Counted from the whole stretch's first letter, positions 12,509-22,367 are shown. The stretch is DNA of 63,579 nucleotides, filler included, from Octopus bimaculoides (GCF_001194135.2; 5 parts of 4 records of this genome joined end to end with filler, not necessarily neighbours in it); one strand, 5' to 3'. Program-made: numbers and translations. The notes: generated by a model not told the origin, from the letters alone.

Positions 12509-13825
12509 ATGGCTACGCTATACATTGCTTGTTTAAATGTCCGTGGCCTGAATTCGAAGAGGAAGCATGCTTGCCTCCTCAACGACCTCAGATCACAGTA
12601 TTGATATTGTGGTCGCTACAGAAACCAAGCTGGACAAGCTGCAGGCCTTCTCAACTCTCCTGAATGGCTGAGAAAATCATGTCTCCTAGCCAAACGGGGG
12701 CGTGGGAATAGAAGGGTTGTAGTTTTGCTCCGGAAAAGCCTGGCTTTGCAGACACATACAACCTTCGTGGATCCAGAAGGCGAGTCGGTCGTTCTGGATC
12801 TAATATACAGAGGTAAGGCTTTCAGGTTGGTTGGCATCTACGCGCCTAGCACGCTAGGCAAACGGGATGAGTTCTATCGACGCCAGGAGAACTTTCTTGT
12901 GACATCAAGGACACTAGTTTTGCTCGGTGACTTTAACGCTATTCTGAATGCACGCCTCAATAGCGTAGGCACGAATGTTAGGAAGTGTAACTCACGCCTC
13001 ATCGATCTGCTGAAGCGATTTAGGGTGGCAGATCGATACAGACTTGATAATCCGAGCGTTCCAATGTGGATTTTGTCGAATAACGACGGTTCTATCAGGT
13101 TTTATACAGACATGATAATAGTTAATGCTAGAGATAAGTCTAGTTTAAGCTGTCCACAGTTTACCTATGAACCCTACACGGATTACAAATTAGTGACGTG
13201 TAGGCTGCATATAGATAAGGTTCATAGACAGGGATCTGGCTATTGGAAGTTGAACAAGTCCCTATTGGATTGTGAAACTTACCGTAACCAGATTAAGGTG
13301 TTAGTAATGAGGGCACTATCCGACTCTGTAATTAACAACCGGTGGTGGAGTGCCCTCAAAAGAGCCATTCGACTTGAGTCGATTAGATTTAGCAAGTAGT
13401 TAAATCTAAAGCAGACTAGAGTAGAAAGGGAATTAGTTAAGGCATTAGAAGAGGCGCTGAGGATGGGCTCTGCACCCCAAATGTTGGCAGCGAGATCACG
13501 AAGGATGTAGAGTCCGGGCTAAAATACGTGCACTGGGCCGCGAGGGTATCAACGTTGCCGGGTGGGCTCGCTCGGAAGAAACCCGATTTGGCGTGGAGGC
13601 TGCGATAAGATCTGTGGTAGACGAGCATGGACAGGAGATCCAAGGACAAGAAGACCTTTCACGAGCACTTTGCTACGTTGTTCGGGAGGATTGGGACGCG
13701 GGACCATGGGGATGCCCTCCGGTATTTCCTGGCCGGCGGCCCGCGTCTTTCGGCGCGTGACGCTGAGCGCTGTGAAGGGCCGAGGAGGTTATAGAGGTGC
13801 TTTCCGAGTGCCCCGGGGACAAGTA
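12509..13825 (+). pseudogene. Tx1/L1-clade LINE ORF2 fragment (APE endonuclease plus linker; RT missing)
   Basis: ATG 12509 gives MATLYIACLNVRGLNSKRK...ATETKLD; ORF 12725-13399 has VGIYAP, VLLGDFNAIL, YTDYKLV, GSGYWKLNKSLL, WWSALKRAIR; breaks off at EEVIEVLSECPGDK. Confidence 0.88.
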
Positions 13826-14567
13826 TAGCAATCCGTTTGAGGCTGATGCAGTCAATTGCGAGGATGACGTTCGGTAGGAATTGATAGAATTACAAAATGA
13901 CAGTGATGTCATAATGCGATATGGCAAAGAAGGCTTGTGGTATCATTAGAGTACATTGAATTCCTACCCGAGGCTGTGGAAACATCTGAAATTACTTTTG
14001 CTTACCTTCCCTACCTCATACCTAGTTTACTTTCCCATAAAAGAATTGGATTGGATGTGACACAGCGAGGAGACTTGCGGCTAAAGTTGACAAGTTTGAA
14101 ACCGAATGTATCTGCATTAGTTGCATCGCACCAGACACATGGTTCTTATTAAAAAGTGTAATTCTTTTCCTTTATAATACAATCATTAATTATTTTTGCA
14201 TCGGTAGTTTTGATCAATGGTTCATTTGGTGAAAATGAAAACCAGTGTAAAAGAAGGCGCAAGTTTCCAGAAGTTAATCTGTTTGAAAAATATGGAGTTA
14301 ACGTTAGAATTTTATTTACACTAACAGCGAAACTAAACTCACAATACAGGATTTGTAAACAACCGCGTATTTAGTACAAACGGCACTAATAGGGCAACGA
14401 GTCTACGATATAGTGTGTGTGTCAAATGATACAATGAGGTAGGGGATTTTGTGTTGGTGGGGTTATGTCAGGTTTTTTTTTTTTTTTACACAGGTGAGCG
14501 ATGGAGCATTTTTTGGCTGATAGGTGGGCGATATTACAATTTGGTACAAAAAGTTTGGGAAACACTG
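13826..14567 (+). mobile_element. 3' half of a hAT (Charlie/Buster-like) DNA transposon with right TIR
   Basis: NPF...ELIELQND...YPRLWKHLKLLLLTFPTSYLV...RGDLRLKLTSLKPNVSALVASHQTHGSY* (stop 14150-14152); terminal aaagtttgggaaacactg, followed by 8 bp caaTAtac. Confidence 0.8.
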
Positions 14568-14836
14568 CAATATACAATGTCATTCTAAATATTACACATG
14601 TCTCTGACATGTTTCTTCTTCACAAAAGCTAGAATTTGTCATTTTTATGGAGAAACACCTATCTCCTTATTTAGGCAAACGATAAGAAGTACGTTTGAAT
14701 GACTATCTTTCTGTTAGCCTTTCAACGGCCGGAGAAAGTTCAAAAGGTCAACTTATTCTCATTAATCTGTAAGTGCTGAGAGAAGAAAACAAAAGACTTT
14801 CAAAATATATTTTAAAATGCTGATTTTTGTGCGACC

Positions 14837-15272
14837 AAAAATTCTTCAAGCTGGTGTCCCAGCATGGCCGCAATCCAATGACTGAAACAAGTAAAAAGAT
14901 TTTTAGAAAATAAAAAAAAACTGAGAGGTTTATAAAACAATTTCAAGAGATTTAGCTGTTATTTCTAGCATGTGGAGATACCTTCTAGGCTTAACTTCAT
15001 GCGCTGGTTGAAAATCATTTTAAAAATTCTGGGGTCGTTATATTCGGCTAAAAATTCTTCAAAGTGGTGCTCCAGCATGGCCGCAGTCTAATAACTGCAA
15101 CAAGTAAAACTAAAAAAATTCTAGCGTCGATACATTCGAGCAAAAATTCAAGGTGATGTCCCAGCATGGCCGCAGTCTAATAACTGTAACACATAAAAAT
15201 GAAAAAAAAAATTCTGGGGTCGATACGTTCAACTAAAAATTCTTCAAGGTGGTGTCCCAGCAAGGCCGCAGT
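14837..15272 (+). repeat. Four copies of the SINE family B 3' module, three in tandem (~95-bp period)
   Basis: aaattcttcaag.tggtg.cccagcatggccgca units near 14837, 15022, 15116 and 15208. Confidence 0.8.
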
Positions 15273-15303
15273 CTGATGCCATGACTGGCCGGAGCGAGCT
15301 ATA

Positions 15304-15360
<57 letters not shown>

Positions 15361-15658
15361 TACTCGAAAGTTCGCGCGTCCGCGCTAGCTAGTCGTGAGT
15401 AGAAAACACAAATTTAATATAAAAACATATTTCCTGAAATTGCAAATTATTTAAAATATAAAAATATAATTTTCAACAGAGAGAATTTATCAAAATAGAA
15501 AACAAATGAAGTTTGAAGTTTAAAAATAATAGGATCGACCACTCACGACTAGCTAGCGCGGACGCGCGAACTTTCGAGTAATAGATAGATAGATAGATAG
15601 AGAGAGAGACAAACAGACAGACAGACATATAGCTCGCTCCGGCCAGTCATGGTATTAG
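15273..15658. repeat. Fold-back element with ~120-bp inverted arms that contain microsatellites
   Basis: 15361-15400 is the exact reverse complement of 15541-15580; outer arms ccatgactggccggagcgagctatatgtctgtctg also match exactly; 140-bp AT-rich spacer. Confidence 0.9.
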
Positions 15659-15751
15659 CTGTCAGTAGCCAAAGAATCGACAGGCCAGCAACAGGCATGC
15701 AGACACTTCACTAGCAGTGAGCACTTTCACTTCTGACAGCTAATAGCATGA
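15647..15751. repeat. Short hairpin with 19-bp arms overlapping the right arm of the fold-back
   Basis: tcatggtattagctgtcag (15647-15665) versus ctgacagctaatagcatga (15733-15751): 18/19 complementary. Confidence 0.75.
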
Positions 15752-16528
15752 TAGTGCCATAAATTCATTTAAGATATCCATTTTCTAAAAGTTATGAGGG
15801 AACAAAGTTAATTGGAGGGAGCTACAATTGTGTAGATATGCTTCCTTGATAATAAAATTAAATCGATAGAACTTATGTCGTACAGCAAAAAAAAAATAAT
15901 AATAATAACTTGTGTAAATGTTGAATGATTCTTTGATATATTCCGTATTCTTTTTTAAAAAATGAACGAATGAATGAATGAATGAACGCAAGACAATCTA
16001 CGAAAACAAGGCTACTAATTTGCTGGATTAGTTATGTCTATTTCTGTTTTCCGTATTATTGTTTTTGCCCTACACTTGCAGTAAACAGTTAATAAAGACA
16101 TGTGAGACAGTAAGTAAACCTGTTATTAATTTCTTATTTTAAATATGATACCATAGTTTCTAGTGAAAACATAACTGTTCTGGTTAGTTTTATGTAAACA
16201 GTTTGATGGAGATTGGTCACTAAACAATAAAGCTAATTTCAAAGAGCATCTCCGACAAGTTGGAACATATATTATTAGATCGAAAATTAATTAAAATGTT
16301 GGTGAATGAAAAGAAAATGGAAATTTTGTGCATGTAGGGTGTCATTATCTGAATGTATTGAATGTAACTATCATAGCCAGCAGTATCTTAAAGAAATTAT
16401 AATGCCATATATATATATAAACAATCCGTGAACTAAAAACAATATAGAAACATAAAGTAGAATGCAAACAAACATAAACGTCGCTAGATTTTCAAAACAA
16501 AAATACTCCAAATATTACATAATATCTA

Positions 16529-17351
16529 GGCGGACGTAAAGAATATGGACCGCACACCCCTTTCGTTCTTTTTTTGTTTTTTTTTCTTCCTCTTTTTACA
16601 GAATCCCCCATTTTCGAGTACGGAAATTCTGATTCTGCAAAAAAAAAAACAAAAAAACAGCATTTTAAAATTTTAATTTCCCCCACCCACAAATTCTTCA
16701 GTTTTCACTTTTTTCTTAAAAATTGAAACTTTACAAATGTTTTTTCTTTCTTTCAGAATCATAATCTCCGTATTTTTCTACGTATTTCGCAAAAAGAAAA
16801 AAATTCTGAAAAAAGTGAAAATTGAAGAATTTGGGGGGAAATTAAAATTTTTAAATGCGGGGTTTTTTTTTTTTTTTTGCAGAATCAGAAACTCCGTACT
16901 CGAAAATGGGAGATTCTGTAAAAAGAAAGNNNNNNNNNNNNNNNNNNNNNNNNNNNNNNNNNNNNNNNNNNNNNNNNNNNNNNNNNNNNNNNNNNNNNNN
17001 NNNNNNNNNNNNCAAAAAAAAAAACAAAAAAACAGCATTTTAAAATTTTAATTTCCCCCACCCACAAATTCTTCAGTTTTCACTTTTTTCTTAAAAATTG
17101 AAACTTTACAAATGTTTTTTCTTTCTTTCAGAATCATAATCTCCGTATTTTTCTACGTATTTCGCAAAAAGAAAAAAATTCTGAAAAAAGTGAAAATTGA
17201 AGAATTTGGGGGGAAATTAAAATTTTTAAATGCGGGGTTTTTTTTTTTTTTTTGCAGAATCAGAAACTCCGTACTCGAAAATGGGAGATTCTGTAAAAAG
17301 AAAGAAAAAAAAGGACGAAAGGGAGTGCAGTCCACATTCTTTACGTCCGCC
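16529..17351. mobile_element. Long-TIR fold-back/MITE (true length ~448 bp after removing an assembly duplication)
   Basis: Arms 16529-16715 and 17183-17351 are inverted (GGCGGACGTAAAGAAT...ATTCTTTACGTCCGCC), flanked by TA on both sides; 16638-16929 is repeated exactly at 17013-17304 across an N gap. Confidence 0.8.
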
Positions 17352-17756
17352 TACTGTCTCATTAGGTTTTTGGTGCTTCATAAAAGGACACTTATTCGTT
17401 TTTGTGTGTGTACTGAACGCTCTCGAACTCGTTTTATTATGTAATTGTTTGAGGACAATATTTGTTTGTAGATGTTTTGATCGTCAGCTTCAGAATTAGC
17501 CGGTTTTCTTTTTCTTTTCTTTTGGTCGGGAACTGATTAGGGTTGCGAGATTTACACTTGCAGTACTTACTTCAGTATATATTTACACACTTCAAATAAA
17601 ATAAAATACACCCAAATAAGTTCCATGATTTAAAAAAAAGTAATGATCCACTCCACCTCACTTTTTTTTTTAGATTTTTAACTCTTTGATCTTATTAGTT
17701 TTTCATTCTCTTTTTGTCATTTCATTTCTTCTTTTCTAAATTAAAAAAAAATATTC

Positions 17757-18449
17757 ATGCTACATGGCAGTGAAACATGGGCTGTAACTGCTGAGGACAT
17801 ACGTAAGCTCGCAAGGAATGAAGCCAGTATGCTCCGTTGGATGTGTAATGTCAATGTGAATACCCGTCAGAGTGTAAGTATCTTGAGAGAAAAGCTGAAC
17901 ATTAGAAGCATCAGTTGTGGCGTGCAAGAGAGACGATTGCGCTGGTATGGACATGTGGTGAGAATGGAGGAGGATAGCTGCGTGAAAAAGTGCCACACCC
18001 TAACAGTTGAGGGAACCCGTGGAAGAGGTAGGCCCNNNNNNNNNNNNNNNNNNNNNNNNNNNNNNNNNNNNNNNNNNNNNNNNNNNNNNNNNNNNNNNNN
18101 NNNNNNNNNNNNNNNNNNNNNNNNNNNNNNNNNNNNNNNNNNNNNNNNNNNNNNNNNNNNNNNNNNNNNNNNNNNNNNNNNNNNNNNNNNNNNNNNNNNN
18201 NNNNNNNNNNNNNNNNNNNNNNNNNNNNNNNNNNNNNGGCACATAAAAGACACCATTTCGAGCGTGGCCGTTTTCGTGCGGGTGACACGTAAAAGCACCC
18301 ACTACACTCTCTGAGTGGTTGGCGTTAGGAAGGGCATCCAGCTGTAGAAACTCTGCCAAATCAGACTGGAGCCTGGTGTTGCCATCCGGTTTCACCAGTC
18401 CTTAGTCAAATCGTCCAACCCATGCTAGCATGGAAAGCGGACGTTAAAC

Positions 18450-18485
<36 letters not shown>
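17757..18485 (+). mobile_element. 5'-truncated RTE-clade LINE (RT C-terminus, gap, 3' UTR, (GAT)n tail)
   Basis: MLHGSETWAVT...EASMLRWMC...RRLRWYGHVVRM...GTRGRGRP is typical RTE; the 3' UTR matches 1-214. Confidence 0.92.
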
Positions 18486-18486
<1 letters not shown>

Positions 18487-19600
18487 CTAGGTCTCTTGAT
18501 GTTCTACACAAATATCCAAAAATTGTAATTTTCTTTTTTTTTTTTTAATCTGGAAAATGAAAGAATACTACAAAGTAATATTAGTAAGGTCAAAATCAAT
18601 TTCCCAAAGTTCCATTTACTATGCTTGTCTGCCTAAGCATAAACATTAACGTGGTGTGTCTACTTAATGTCAGACTTGTTTCACTTAATACAACTAGAAT
18701 TAGTCAATACTTATAACACAGGTATACTGTCTGCATTAAAGCCCTTTTTACTTTACACTTCTGCTGTTCCTTTACAAAACTTTTACTAAAAGAATGCTAA
18801 CTTGACCTGATTAGTTTTTTACTAATCTTTTCATAAACACTGGACATCTCTTTGGATCACATAATTACATGCCTTGCTCAGCAAGAATTATTATCAACAT
18901 TTTGTAATGTTAAAATAAAAAGCCTTATTACTATTCTTTCTGCTACTTGGTGTGGTCAATTCAGCAGAATAAAATCTGTTTCTGTTGATTTGTAATACTT
19001 CATTTTAATTTTATTAACATTATGGATATATTTTATACATTAGTTTAATCAGAGAAGGAAGGGCAATGCCTAAGACTCTTTTTAGGGCCTCCATTATCAG
19101 TAGGAGGCAGAAACGAAGTTATCCTCAACAGATGAGCAGAAATTTCTCTTTCCACCCAAGATAATGTATTAACATATTCCATTATTCTTTTCACCTTTTG
19201 CTATCAATATATTATTTATGTTGACAATGAGTGAACCTCTACCTTGTGGCTCAATCTGCTGGAAAAACAACTCACCTTTAAATTACATTTTACCATCTTA
19301 AATAAAAAGATACAGTTAATATAAGACTACATTTACTGTCCTACATACCCCTAAAAAACAGGATGGTTATGGTTGGTATGCTTTGCATTATTGGTCAGCT
19401 TCATTGTAGTCATCAAAGGACTAAATAACAACCACTTTTCCATGACTTTCTCCCCATCTCTCTTCATTCGTGGAATACTCATGTCACTGTGTATTTCCTC
19501 TAGATCCATCTTGTGTACTTCATTTTGTTTTAACATTCGAAATTTGCATCAAGTCTCTTCTTGATAATCTTTCTGTTTATATTTAATACACCATTATATC

Positions 19601-19625
19601 TTCTTACATTTTTGTTTCATTTCAG
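19601..19625 (+). promoter_or_regulatory. Probable splice acceptor of a 5'-UTR intron of the ZNF gene
   Basis: ttcttacatttttgtttcatttcag|gtg, 482 nt upstream of the ATG; a weaker donor/acceptor pair could define a 72-nt intron at 19975-20046. Confidence 0.5.
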
Positions 19626-20107
19626 GTGTTTGGTCATGTTAAGACAACGATTTCTTACTCAGGATTCCTCAACAAATTTACGAAGAACATTGCAAACTGA
19701 AAAATTAACATTATCAAGAATACATGTGACATTTTAAAGAAATTTTGAATATAGCTTACAGATATATTTCCATGGTGTTTTTGTTGAAAAGTTGTATTAT
19801 ATTTGGGAAATTTAAACGCTAATGTTTACTGATTGATACATAACATCTTACATGCCTGTTACATGTCAAGAACTGAAGCTAGTAGCATTATTTATAGTTT
19901 CTAATTTCTAATTACAAAACAAACTTCCAGTGTTTCTTTGTGAATGAGTATATCTACAAATGTTTTTAAATCAGGTATTGTAATCATGATTACACTCAAG
20001 AGCAAGTTTTGATTATATAAACTTGTTAAGCACATTTACTTCACAGATATGTCTCATAGACAGCCACATGAACACTACAAAATTTTAAAATTATAATTGA
20101 TGACAGT

Positions 20108-21829
20108 ATGGAAGAGAACTCATCTAAAAGTCAGGATTATGGTGAAATACAATCCAATAATAATGATTTATCTCATCATCCACAAGTAGGCATAGAGAAG
20201 AAATCATACACATGTGACATTTGTGGAAAAACGTTCTCTGAGAAACAGATTTTCACTTCTCATAAGTGTAAGCACACAGGTGAGAAACCATATCTTTGTG
20301 AAAGCTGTGGTAAAAGTTTCTCTTTCAGGTGTGAATTCACTTCGCACTTACGCATGCATACAGGTGAAAAACCATACCACTGTGATACTTGTGGAAGAAC
20401 ATTCACACATAGGAGTACATTAACTAACCATAAACGTATTCATCCTGATGAGAAACCATACCACTGTGATATTTGTGGTAAAGCATTCTCTGAAAATGAA
20501 ACACTAATTCATCACTTACATATTCACACTGGGGAGAAACCTTACCAATGTAAAATCTGTAGCAAAGCATTCTCACACAAATGTAAATTAATATACCATA
20601 TGCGTATTCACACTGGTGAGAAACCATTTCACTGTGATACCTGTGGTAAAACTTTCTCTCAAAAGGGTAAATTAATTAATCATAAACGTATTCACACTGG
20701 TTTGAAACCATACCATTGTGATATTTGTGGTAAAGCGTTTGCTGAAAGGGGAACACTAACTGGTCATATTCGTATTCATACTGGTGAAAAACCATTCCAT
20801 TGTGATATTTGTGGTAAATCTTTTACACACAAAGTACATTTAACTCATCACAGAAGCAGCCATTCTGGAGAGAAGCCATTCCACTGTGATACCTGTGGTA
20901 AAGGATTCTCAGTCAAGAGTACATTTATTTCTCATAAACGTATTCATACAGGTGAGAAACCATACCATTGTGATATCTGTGGAAGAGCATTTACTAATAC
21001 TGGAGCACGATCTCTGCATAAACATATTCACACTGGTGAGAAACCATACCAATGTGATATCTGTAGCAAAGCATTCTCACACAAATGTAAATTAACTTAT
21101 CATAAACGTATTCACACAGGTGAGAAACCATTTCGCTGTGATACCTGTGGTAAAACATTCTCACAAAAGGGTAAATTAACTAATCATAACCGTATTCACA
21201 CAGGAGAGAAACCATATCATTGTGATATTTGTGGTAAAACATTTGCTGAAAGTGGTACACTAACCGGTCATATACGTATTCATACTGGTGAGAAACCATA
21301 TCACTGTGATATCTGTGGTAAATCATTTACACGCAATGTATATTTACTTCATCACAAAAACAGTCATTCTGTTCTTAAGCCATATCCTTGTGATAGCTGC
21401 GGTAAAGATTTCTCGCACAAGAGTACATTAATTGCTCATAAACGTACTCACCCAGGTCTAAATCCATTCCACTGTGATATCTGTGGTAAAACATTCTCTC
21501 ATAAATATAAGTTAACTTATCATAAATGTATTCACCCTAGTATAAAACCAAACGATCCAAGTACCACCAGCAGTAAGAAACCATATCGTTGTGATGTCTG
21601 TGGTCAGGCATTCAAACAGAGTACTGTATTAACTTCTCATGTACGTACGCATACTGGTGAGAAACCATATCAATGTGATATCTGTAATAAAGCATTCACA
21701 CAGAGTGGTGCATTAACTGCACATAAACGTATTCATACTGGTGAAAAACCGTACCCTTGTGATATCTGTGGTAAAACATTTTCTCTCAAGAGTAATTTAA
21801 CTGTCCACCAACATATTCACTCAGATTAG
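20108..21829 (+). CDS. Poly-C2H2 zinc-finger protein (19 fingers, 573 aa, no KRAB/BTB/SCAN/ZAD domain seen)
   Basis: Intact single-exon ORF with 19 C-x2-C-x12-H-x3-H units, mostly TGEKP linkers, and a 33-aa N-terminus; consistent with the known cephalopod C2H2 expansion. Confidence 0.96.
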   Translation: MEENSSKSQDYGEIQSNNNDLSHHPQVGIEKKSYTCDICGKTFSEKQIFTSHKCKHTGEKPYLCESCGKSFSFRCEFTSHLRMHTGEKPYHCDTCGRTFTHRSTLTNHKRIHPDEKPYHCDICGKAFSENETLIHHLHIHTGEKPYQCKICSKAFSHKCKLIYHMRIHTGEKPFHCDTCGKTFSQKGKLINHKRIHTGLKPYHCDICGKAFAERGTLTGHIRIHTGEKPFHCDICGKSFTHKVHLTHHRSSHSGEKPFHCDTCGKGFSVKSTFISHKRIHTGEKPYHCDICGRAFTNTGARSLHKHIHTGEKPYQCDICSKAFSHKCKLTYHKRIHTGEKPFRCDTCGKTFSQKGKLTNHNRIHTGEKPYHCDICGKTFAESGTLTGHIRIHTGEKPYHCDICGKSFTRNVYLLHHKNSHSVLKPYPCDSCGKDFSHKSTLIAHKRTHPGLNPFHCDICGKTFSHKYKLTYHKCIHPSIKPNDPSTTSSKKPYRCDVCGQAFKQSTVLTSHVRTHTGEKPYQCDICNKAFTQSGALTAHKRIHTGEKPYPCDICGKTFSLKSNLTVHQHIHSD

Positions 21830-22162
21830 AAACCATATCTTTATAATATCTATGATGAGATGAAGGCAGCAAGCTGGCAGAAATGTTAGTACACAAGGTG
21901 AAATGTTTAGCAGTATTTCATCTGTCTTTACATTCTGAGTTCAAATTCCACCTAGGTCGATTTTGCTGTTCATCCTTTTGGCGGTCGATAAATTAAGTAC
22001 TAGTTGTGTACTGGGGTCAATGCTTAGAGTAGAAAAGAATATATATGATGAGATATTTTCTTGCACAACTTTACTCACATTTGTGAAAGAACATATCATT
22101 GTGGTATCTGGTCGTAAAGCACTTTGTACAGAGGAACATTAAATCATCATAAACATATTCAC
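21830..22162 (+). pseudogene. At least two vestigial zinc fingers in the 3' UTR, interrupted by a SINE
   Basis: The stop lies in a linker (tca gat TAG aaa cca = SD*KP for TGEKP), followed by tat ctt tat aat atc tat gat gag ata ttt tct (decayed YHCDICGKTFS) and aca tat cat tgt ggt atc...aga gga aca tta aat cat cat aaa cat att cac. Confidence 0.75.
21862..22037 (+). mobile_element. SINE family A in the ZNF 3' UTR
   Basis: 17-bp TSD aatat(c/a)tatgatgagat at 21845-21861 and 22038-22054 (16/17 identical). Confidence 0.88.
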
Positions 22163-22361
22163 AGATTTGAAAAAACTAAAACACAACGACTTTTCTAGTA
22201 AGACACTCTTCCAAATGAGTATGGAGAAACTTAATCACTCACCCAGAGGTATGACTATACTCTGTTAACCCTTATAAATTGATTCTTATTATCCATTGTA
22301 ATATGGTAACTAGCTCTCATTATCTCACTCAATGCTGAAGGAACTGCAGAATCCTCCACTT

Positions 22362-22367
22362 AATAAA
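22362..22367 (+). terminator. Candidate polyadenylation signal of the ZNF gene
   Basis: AATAAA ~530 nt after the stop with a GT-rich tract at 22411-22436. Confidence 0.4.

Noticed and set aside
14837-15272. Regularly spaced repeats as a CRISPR-like array
   Set aside because: Eukaryotic context; the units are whole SINE tails without unique spacers, and there are no cas genes.
16638-17304. Apparent 292-bp direct repeat (16638-16929 / 17013-17304)
   Set aside because: Exact copy on both sides of an 83-N gap within a hairpin; best explained as an unmerged contig overlap, not biology.
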